A DNA stretch of 63,534 nt, counting the filler, from Sphaeroforma arctica JP610 (taxonomy: Eukaryota), in NCBI RefSeq assembly GCF_001186125.1. It is 6 parts of 3 records of this genome, joined end to end, with 100 filler letters (N's around TTAATTAATTAA, not from the genome) between each part and the next. Parts side by side here need not be neighbours in the genome. Positions count along the whole stretch, not along the records: positions 38,665 to 58,605 come from NW_014040535.1; positions 58,706 to 60,426 come from NW_014040534.1; positions 60,527 to 63,534 come from NW_014040534.1; 3 more parts are not named here. One strand, written 5' to 3'. The translations under genes and the position numbers were made by a program. Below, in pieces: positions 54,164 to 63,534 of this stretch. Positions within the stretch are counted from its first letter, which is position 1, and each line of letters opens with the position of its first letter. The notes under the pieces were generated by a model that saw nothing but the letters and a program-made list of their open reading frames with translations, was not told the DNA's origin and did not search any database.

Positions 54164-54262
54164 GTCGGCAGTCGGCAGTCGGCAGTCGGCAGTCGGCAGT
54201 CGGCAGTCGGCAGTCGGCAGTCGGCAGTCGGCAGTCGGCAGTCGGCAGTCGGCACTCGGCAG
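54164..54262. repeat. Heptamer array (GTCGGCA)n
   Basis: About 13 copies with degenerate flanks. Confidence 0.95.
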
Positions 54263-55163
54263 TTGGCACTCGTCACTGTCGTCACTCGGCACTGTCGGCA
54301 GTCGCTCGCCAGTTACTTTAGTTAAATATGTGGGCTCAATCATCAATGCCTCATTAAGTATTTATTGGAGAAGACAAATGACAGCTTTGAATTCATTTGT
54401 AATTTTTAAATTTTTAAATTTGATTTTTATAGATATATATCAATAAGGCTCGTTCTTTTAAATTATAAACCCACTATTTAAAATATAAAAAACAGTATAA
54501 AGGCCAATTGTAAGCATAAGTCACATGAGTGGCAAATTTTTTTCTAAAACACAAGAAGAGGGGTACAAAATCAAATATATTGTACTACATAGAGTCATAG
54601 ATATCCGTCTCTTGCACTATTTAAATTATTGTCCCCGGACTGGCGAACGTTTAAAAAAATCTAAAAAATGATAACAAAAAACAAACAAACCAAAATTACA
54701 ACACATGTGAAAAGAAAAGAAAAACACAGTGAGAGCTCAGAACTGAGACTTGAGAGTGGAGCGCCGGAGCCTGCGGAGGCTTTTAGCGGAATGCAGATTG
54801 CAGACTGCAGAGTACGACTGCGGTCGCTGGCCAGAAATACAGAGGAGCACTCTAGCAGACTCTCTAGAGTAGCATATAGATTGTTTGGAATATATTTATT
54901 AAAAAAGGATAGTAAATATTTTTGTCGGTCCGAAGTCCGAAGTCCGTAGTCCGAAGGTCCGTAGTACGGTATTTGGCGGCCATTATATTTATATTTTCAG
55001 GGACTCTGTATAAAGTCTGTGGTCTGTTGAGTTGTGAACTTGTGAGCGTTGTGACTTCTTGTCAGTTGTCAGTTGTCACTGTTGGTAGACTGTCAGACGC
55101 CAGCCTGTGTCAGGCGTTCAGCCTATGTCAGGCGTCAGCCTGTGTCAGGCAATAACACAAATG

Positions 55164-55343
55164 TAGCAAACATTCTTATTTTAAATTCAATGAAAATGCT
55201 TGCTTATTGACTCTATAATTCTTTTTCCGACCTCCGCCGCAATGTCAGGCAGTAGCACATATATAGCAAACATTCATATTTTAAATTTAATGAAAATGCT
55301 TGCTTATTGACTCTGTGATTTTTTTCCGACCTCCGCCGCAATG
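55164..55343. repeat. Direct repeat, ~80 bp conserved, period ~101 bp
   Basis: tagcaaacattc.tattttaaatt.aatgaaaatgcttgcttattgactct...ttttccgacctccgccgcaatg at 55164 and 55265. Confidence 0.9.
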
Positions 55344-58300
55344 GATATCATATCAATCTGGTACCAATCACCTTGGAAATCAATCTGCTCTCTAGAGTAG
55401 CGGTAGACTCCAGGACCCAGGCCTCTAGTAGCAGACTTCAATACGTATTTTACTTTTTGTGAAAACGTAGTACGTTTTAAGTTAACGCTAAGTTTCGAAA
55501 CCGTTTTTCTTACTGGAAGCCAATTTAGTAAAATTCTAAAAACCTTTTTTTTTTGTGATAGTAGAAAATTTGTCCAACTATAAACAATTCAACAAATATT
55601 TTGGTGAAATATAGTTGGCAGATCATGCCAAACATAAGGGCGGGCATAAACCCAGACCTCTATGACGCATAAAAACGTACTACGTTTCCAGATGTTACAC
55701 AAGAAAAAGTTATATTTAAATACATTTGGGGAGTCGTGTTTATGAATAATTTAATTGAACGCGTATCGTACAAGCAAAGTGCATCTAAATTTAATTTCGA
55801 CAATAATTTCTGCATTTTAATCTTGTTTTGAACTTGAAAAATAAGTAACAGGGTACTCCTATTTGTAAACACTTGTGTCTATCTGCGTCAAATATATACA
55901 TACCGACCGTATCATACAGTTAAAAAAATGGCGGTGGAGTAGTACCCTCGAATCTTCAAGATACGAGTATTTACGCTAACAAAATGGAATTGCGTCGTTG
56001 TTGCCTACTGTGTGTGAGCTAACTCACACGAAATCGCATGTACCCCTACCGTGGCCGCACATTCCAAAACAAAGTAGATGACCGCACATTCTAAAACGAA
56101 GTATGCACTGTGTCGTGCAAATGCCCAGATGCAAATCTGACTCTTCATATACACACACATACATACTTATATATATACATATACTTTACAAATATGTTTG
56201 CAGTGATGATAAGTTAGATAATTCAAGCAACACAACCCGACAACAATTACTCAACACACAAATTGCTATTGATTCGGATTGGGGGCGAGTATCTTCCAAA
56301 TTCCTATATCCTAGGTTTCGAATCGTATGCGCAGTAAATATGGACTATGGGTCCGATTATTGAAGCGAAACAAGTACTATATTTTTTTGCAAGTCTGACT
56401 TCCGGGAGCTTCGCTATAATATCAAATTCCAGGATATGCAAGCCTATCAAGTAAGAGCACCAGGAAACAGCCTAGTCGCAGTGCATCATGGCTGTATGTA
56501 AGTAAAAGGCTGCAACAGATGTGATAGGCAGCATTTATTCCTACGACGATTCCTTTAGTCGACACAAAAGCTGCGTGCAATAGAGATTGGCATGGGTTAT
56601 CCGAGACAGGGACTGTCGGGGCGGTTTCAACCAGGTGGCACCACACGATTCAAATTTCGACAGATTAACAGTCCTCTACTTACTCACTTTTTGAAAATAG
56701 GGTTGAAACAACTTATAAGACTTCAGAAGTAGTCTATTTTGCTCTGAGAGGCCACTAGAGAGAGGGTAACTCTCTCAAGAGAGCGAGTGTATACAGTGAT
56801 ACACACAAATCAGAAATCAGGGATTATATATATATATATATATCAACAACTAGTTCCACAGTTCTGCTGACTTCCTATATTTTTACAACTTTTGTGAGAC
56901 GCGGGCCTCAAGACCTCGAGACCTCGAGATTTCGACCGACCCTCGAACGCAAAAACGTTTCTTTAAAAGAGCAGCTTAAAATCTGAAATTTGTCCATTCC
57001 GAACATAAAATCCAAAATAAAAATCCGAACAAAAAATCCGAACCCGATACGACCGGACTTGACCTTCCAATAGTAAAGCGGCCCTAAATTCTAAACATTG
57101 GTCAAAATTGGGTGAAAACGCTCCTTACTGGACAGAAACGGCTAAAAAAAATATGGGTCGAGTCACTCGAGTTACTCGAGTCACTCGAAGTCGAGTGTCG
57201 GTACTATTTTTTAACTGACATATCTACACAGTATTTAGTTTTTATACATTGCTACGCCCTACGGTCGAGTGTCGAGTCTCGAGTCTCGAGAGTCTTGAGT
57301 CTCGAGTCTCGAGGTCTCGACTCTCGAGTCTCCAGTCTCCACAGTACTGAAAAAGGAGGAGACTAAGGAGAGTTTTCATTTTTAGCAATGCTCTCTATTC
57401 AGTATTCGAACATAGTGTTGTGTAAAAAAAGTCATAAATATTCAAAAGGTTGTTTGATGTCAGAAGGTTATGCAAAATTCGGAATTCCAAGTCAAACTCA
57501 GTCGTGAGGAGTCGTGACCAGGGTCTCACAGCATGAAATTTTTGTGATTTTGATATATAAAAAATCAGTGATTTTGCGAATTCAAAATGTTTATCCATCA
57601 GATGTAAATCTGCATAAATCTTGTAAAAAGTGTTTGCAGTTTTCAAAGTCAATTTTTGAGCAACTTTAATATTATTGGATGAGATTCTAGATTCTTCACC
57701 AGAAACATCCAATAGAATATTCTGCTATTTTTCTTGGTGCTGCTTGAATTAATTGGTCAATATCTAGCAACAAATTCTAGTTTAATCCAATGATAGCAAA
57801 TAAACCAATGCCCAACTACTTCTAAATAACCATAATTAGTCATAAAAAAGCCGCCTGCTGATAGGAAAAAAGGAGTGACCGTTTTTTGTATCATGCAAAT
57901 TGGGCACTGAATCTCTCTACTGTGTATGTAGTAAATATCTCTACTAGTCTAGAGACTCTACTAGTAGAGAGAGATGTAAAATTGTAAAAACATACCAGCT
58001 GACGCCTGACGGCTGTATGCTTGTGGACAGATGCGTTTTTTAAAAGTGCCTGTGGTGGCGGAAAGATGTAAATAAACTAAAAAAAGTGTCTGTAGTTGGA
58101 CTCTGCACTGGTCAGCTGGTGTGTGTTGGAATAGCGTGCTGGCTAACTTCTCCGCAAGCACCGGACTATAAAATGCGACGAATCGCTCAGCTATACATCA
58201 ATTCGCAAGATTAGAACGGATAAGCACAACTACTAACCAGCCAAAATGTTCCAAAATACTGAAGTAAACAGCATCTTCAACTACCAACCAGCCATGATGT

Positions 58301-60270
58301 TCCAAAATGCGCAACTGAACAGCATCTTCGTCCGCACGGCCGACCTTCTGACAATGCACAGGCAGGCAACGCCCGAAACTCAGCACTTCTACAGGGAAAC
58401 GCATCAGTACAGTAATCAGTTGTGGTAATCAGTGGTATCAGCGCTCTCCTAACTATCAAAATCTTGGCATACTCTTGGAACCATAGGCAATCTACGGATA
58501 GAAGTGATCCCCCCCCCCCCCCNCCNCCCGTCGACGTCGTACGTACGTACGTACGTACGTACGTACGTACCGTACCGTACCGTACGTACGTCGTACGTTA
58601 CGTTANNNNNNNNNNNNNNNNNNNNNNNNNNNNNNNNNNNNNNNNNNNNTTAATTAATTAANNNNNNNNNNNNNNNNNNNNNNNNNNNNNNNNNNNNNNN
58701 NNNNNTATCTATCTATTCTTTTCCGTCTTGTATGCTATGTAGACGCGATTATGAGCAATGTGTATGCAGCTAAGTATGTGTACGGTTTCATTGCAACGTT
58801 ACAGCATTCATGAAGTTTATCTACATTGGATATACGTGCGATCAATTATGGGTTCCTTGTGTTTGTACAAGCAAGTGTGCGATTTATCGGCGAGACTACT
58901 AATTTGAGTAGCGTTACAGGCAAATTCGTAAATATGAGACTATGTATAAGGCACGCACCGAGTAGATGTCGATATCAGTACCCCATGATGGAAATTATCT
59001 AATGTTTAACTGAGACTTATCGAATACTTACGCGGACATCTTAGGCTTTCGATTGAGAAGTAGTGTTGTCATCTCCCTCATAAGGCGTTTTCTCTCCTTT
59101 GCCGTGTAATTCTGATACCATTTTTGCAGACGGATTTTACCCACTCGGCTGAATAGCAGTAGAAACTGTATCATCTTCTATAGAGAGAGAGAGAAAGATG
59201 TATATATATATACTTACAGACCTAACACACGCCCTAAATCCGTAGCTTGGTGTGTGAACAGCTGCACAAGAAGTGGTGAATATATGAAGATATTGCAGTT
59301 CGGCGATATAATTTTTGTAAATACTCCAACATTCTCAGTGTTGATTTCAGATTTTTATATTGTTCTTTTATCTATAAATAGACGGGTTTGTTTATTTTCC
59401 GGGGGCCAATTGGGGACCATTAGGGGTGGTGAAGTCTGTGAAGATAATTGAGGAAATGCCATATTCCATAGTATCAGTGCTTTCACGACAAGAGAGGGAG
59501 AGACACCGAGTACGTAGTATCATAGGCTTGATCTCTCTACTAGAGAGGATTGCGGTAGTATGCATAGTTCTTTTTGGTAACTACGCATGTTTTTACAACC
59601 AAATAGATCGATATGTAATAAATGACGATGAGCTCCCGATAGGCCTAATTTATATGGCTGAATGAATATCAAGCAACTACGCTAGAATACCTATCTGAAT
59701 GATAAAGCAATAAATTTCAAACATTTTGTAGGCAGTCGAGTTTAAAGTTTGGCATTCGGTTTTCAATACTAAAGTCGACGTCGAAAGGGCTAATAAACTT
59801 GTATCTGCACACTTCCAGACCATAAGTGTATGCGCACAAGGATATTGGAACAAGTTCAAAGAATTCAGGAACGAGACGCAAGTTGGTATATTACACTCTT
59901 TAATGACCGCGTATACGGGATACAATTTCGCTATTCACCAACTAACCTTAAACTGCAATTTAGTAGCCGTGTAATGATTCAATTCACATGCTATGCGAGG
60001 ACTGCGCCCTCAAGCTATAACAGACACTGCGGGGTGGTTAACACGATACTGTAACCCACTATTTGGGGTGTACCATATCTCTATTCTGCAATACCGTAAT
60101 ATAATATTCGGTTGTGTTGCGAGGTGTCAACATAACGTAAAAACACTGCATATGTTTTACACGATGTTACAACCCTTCTAGGAGGTACCACATCACTATC
60201 TTGAAATAGTGCAGTACAATATCCGTATTATATATATGCATATTACACACACGTGACATATACACACGTG

Positions 60271-60307
<37 letters not shown>

Positions 60308-60639
60308 CATACATACATAAATATATAATATACATACATACAAATATATGTATACATATATGAATATACATATATATATATATACATACATACATGCACA
60401 CGCACACACACACACACACATATATANNNNNNNNNNNNNNNNNNNNNNNNNNNNNNNNNNNNNNNNNNNNTTAATTAATTAANNNNNNNNNNNNNNNNNN
60501 NNNNNNNNNNNNNNNNNNNNNNNNNNAGTTGACTGAGAGTACCACATCATCCACAACGAGCGCTGTGTTGATTCCCAATGGATTCATACCACTCCCGCCG
60601 CGAGACACAGCGGTAGGTCCAATACCGAGCGGCAATTGG

Positions 60640-60825
60640 TAAACGTTCAAGGGAAGTTGGGGGTATAGGATTTCACAGCTTGTTCATGTTAGATAAGCTG
60701 AGCGTTCAAGAGAAGTTGGTAGTAGTATGACTTCAAGGCTTATTCATGTTAGCTTGGCTGAGCTGGAAAACGTTCATGAGAAGTTGAGGGTAGTAGAGTT
60801 TCAAGGCTTGTTCATGTTAGCTCAG
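60640..60825. repeat. ~62-67-bp tandem repeat x3 (cgttca.g.gaagttg...ttca..gcttgttcatgttag)
   Basis: Direct inspection. Confidence 0.8.
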
Positions 60826-61455
60826 CTGTTCGGCCAATTGCTTGCCCGGAATCAATTCAGAACAGATATCCCGCAATGGAATAAGCGGTTGTCTTATTCT
60901 CTTTTCTCTTGACCGCTAAAACTACGCGTGTTCCATGGGAGTGCACACTTTTCGCTTTGGAGAGCTCTGTATCCACGCATTGCAACCAATCCTCATTTTT
61001 TTGGTATAGGATTTAATAGGGATGTACCGAAGTATACTCATCGCATAAATTGTGGGGGGTGGGTAGGGGTTCGGATACGGCGATAATTAAGAAAAAACGT
61101 TGAGGCTGACCAAGAAAGCGTTGAATGAAGAACGGAATATTAACTCCTATAGGCATAGTTCAGAAACGAATGAACGCATGTATTCAGGACATACTTCCTA
61201 TCAAAGATAGCAAACCCTGCACCCATCACGGGTGATAATACGTACTGAAAATGTGCTCCCACGGAGTATGTATCCTATCATGCAGCGCGTAACTGAATCT
61301 CCCGGTTGGCTGAAGAGATCGAAGCCATCCCTCCTTTCACGCGTGACAGCTACACTGGCAAGTATAACTATATACGTTAAAGGTAGACCTAGTTGCGCCA
61401 AGGCCTAGTTCTGCCAATCCAACGCCATCACGGCGGGTCACACATACTAGGCTAG

Positions 61456-63471
61456 CTACTGGTAGTAGTAGTGTTTGAGGTATATGTATCGACTAATAAA
61501 CACAGGCTCCCCCACGGGCATAGTAGTGTATGTGTTTGGCTGCGTTTGCCAACGTTTCTCATGCACCCGTCGTTCCTTGTCATAGGCGTTTTGGTCAAAC
61601 GGCTTCCCAGTGGCTATAGAGCATTGCAAGTATTTGAAATAGAACTCCCATCTCGGCCAGTAGTAATCCAGCAACAGCCCGGCCCACAGCTTAGCCGCGT
61701 AGTCCTGTAGTCCGCCGTCTGGCCCCCACATAGTGACCTGGGTGCAGGGTGCGGGGTGCGTGTGGACAAATGGAGTCAGTCACGAAGCCAGCACTGTGGG
61801 TAGTCTGCGCTCCAGTGTGTAACTGCAGGCACAGGTTGTTCGTATGTAAGAGCGAGAATTGTCTATGGCAGGCCGTGGATATGATGGTGAATTTTAGCAA
61901 GTTGTGGTTGAATTTCAGATTTGAAAGAAAAGCCAAAACTTGTAGTGAAAACTGCGTTTAAACTGCATTCGGTAAACTTGAATTTAACGGCACGCCGCCA
62001 ACAACTGGAATTGCAGACGGCTCGTCCCTAGGCTTCAGCAAAATCACAACCTGAAGTACAGTCTCATCCAATGCAGGTGTGAAACATGGAACTTTCTGTT
62101 CGCATCCTATTAAGTAGACGTGAGTATTAGAGTTTGCAGTACATATCTGCAAACAAACTTGTCAGTTAAATTGAAATGTCCTTAAGTCTCTCATAGTACA
62201 TCTGCACGACACGCCCTGATTCATTCCTTCAGGCTAATTCAATTGACCCGCGCGCGTGTATACATTGCCCGTTTAGGTAGGTCGCAAAACAAGTAGTAGC
62301 GGCTCTCTCCTCGTCTTCGCAAATCTTATGTAACAACCAAAGTACATTTACACACTAGTCCTATCCTTCATCTGTCAGCAGCTGACCTGATTGCGGGCGT
62401 TGAACTCGAGAAGGGCCGTCATGTTAGCATCTCCGTGACCCATTCGCCGTGCATCAGCAATCCACGGACCTACGAGTGCCGTGATAAGTGTGTGTGTGTG
62501 GATACGTTGGTGTGGAGTAATACGTATGAATCACTACGCGGGAAGTACATAGTTGATCGAATGATGCAAGTGTTGTGTTTAGTTGGGGGGAAGAGTGCCA
62601 CTAAAACAGTTCGGTGCTTTGCGAAGTGTGTGGTTGAAGCCTGCATTTGGTAAGATACCTGTGCTACTCAGACTGGCATTTCCATATCAAATACAGTGGC
62701 CCTGTAACTGCCCTGATAAAGATTATTCACGTCACGGTATTTATTTATACGTTGTGGTCAACTATTAGCAAACGACTCTGCAGAAGTACTGGAAATGTAA
62801 TATAATGGTCGTGGTCAGTGCTACGTAGTTATGTGTTAAATGTACATATTGTGTTGCTGCTTACATACATGAAATTTCCTGCTTGTGAGGGGATAGCAAT
62901 CCATGCGAGTCTGCGACAGAGATACACAGGCGTGTAACATACCCGTATATACACTGACAGGTGTGACATCCTACACACATGCACGTGTACTTTATAGACA
63001 TAGTCGAGCAACACTTCGAGTCTATTCTCTCGTCTGTAGAACAGCCACCATTCCGCACGCAAGTACCTAACATAGTCTGTCTGTCGGTGGAAAGTAAGAC
63101 ATGGAGATCTGAGACCAGTGTGTGCATGGCGTCTCTGTGGGCCTTGACCTTGCGCTGTCGCTCTGCCACAGACGAAGTTTTTGAATCGATGGTTCGCATG
63201 AGAGCCATGTATTCCTCTCTGTGGGATGAAGAGTCCGACAGGTGTAAGTGTATCGCACGTACATGTAGGGCAAATTGTAAGTATATATCGCTCCAGCTTA
63301 TTATATGAGAATGTCTACATAACAGGTATGAGGGAAACCACAGCCAGTTCAGTTCTATTTAAGTAATCGTGGTACGCTCACATGCCTTTATCACACGTTC
63401 ATACCTGAAGCTGTCAGAAAGTACCTGACGTCCGACATTGACCACATCGCTGCGATAAGTTTCAGAATGTT
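61456..63471 (-). CDS. NAGLU: Alpha-N-acetylglucosaminidase (GH89), C-terminal exons, 5'-partial
   Basis: Exons 63471-63405 (SETYRSDVVNVGRQVLSD), 63218-63067 (LVSDLHVLLSTDRQTML), 62469-62387 (GPWIADAR...EFNARNQ) and 61737-61456 (VTMWGPDGGLQDYAAKLWAGLLLDYYWPRW) join in frame and carry the GH89 C-terminal signature. Confidence 0.95.
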
Positions 63472-63534
63472 CTAGGATTGCATCCGATTCCTGTATGTAG
63501 ACATGTATAAAAATCTATTTAGACATATATATAT

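Noticed and set aside
54060..54346. ORFs with ADCRLPT / SRQSAVG repeats
   Set aside because: Translations of the (GTCGGCA)n heptamer array, open on both strands with no coding context.
58508..58605. Poly-C followed by (TACG)n
   Set aside because: Sits at a contig end, contains Ns and mirrors the TACG pyrosequencing flow order; most likely read-end noise.

Overview
Intron-rich eukaryotic nuclear DNA (GT-AG introns, long (TA)n/(CA)n microsatellites). Six contigs are joined by artificial N-TTAATTAATTAA-N spacers. Sequence style and gene content suggest a unicellular opisthokont such as an ichthyosporean; this is inference only. Genes I could splice by hand: an SR/RS-rich protein (3' part), a TPK/KCO-type two-pore K+ channel with two EF-hands and an unusual TTEGYGD second filter, eIF1A (complete, with an ATG-only first coding exon), an intronless rhodanese protein, a 2OG-Fe(II) oxygenase with a long low-complexity insert, an unknown membrane protein, a signal-peptide-bearing DAD/ChrR-type cupin with an acidic helical tail, and the 3' exons of a GH89 alpha-N-acetylglucosaminidase. 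The ~20-36 kb interval is a gene-poor graveyard. It holds a decayed THAP + HTH + DDE_Tnp_4 (ISL2EU/Harbinger-like) transposase, an adjacent Harbinger-like accessory ORF, a possible LINE ORF1 relic, a Gln-rich pseudogene, and a mitochondrial-type LSU rRNA fragment (NUMT) carrying a ~470-nt GC-rich palindromic insertion. The 50.9-57.4 kb intergenic region is dense in 7-8-bp stutter duplications and candidate MITE ends. No CRISPR array or prokaryote-type system is supported. All homology calls come from recognised motifs, not database searches.
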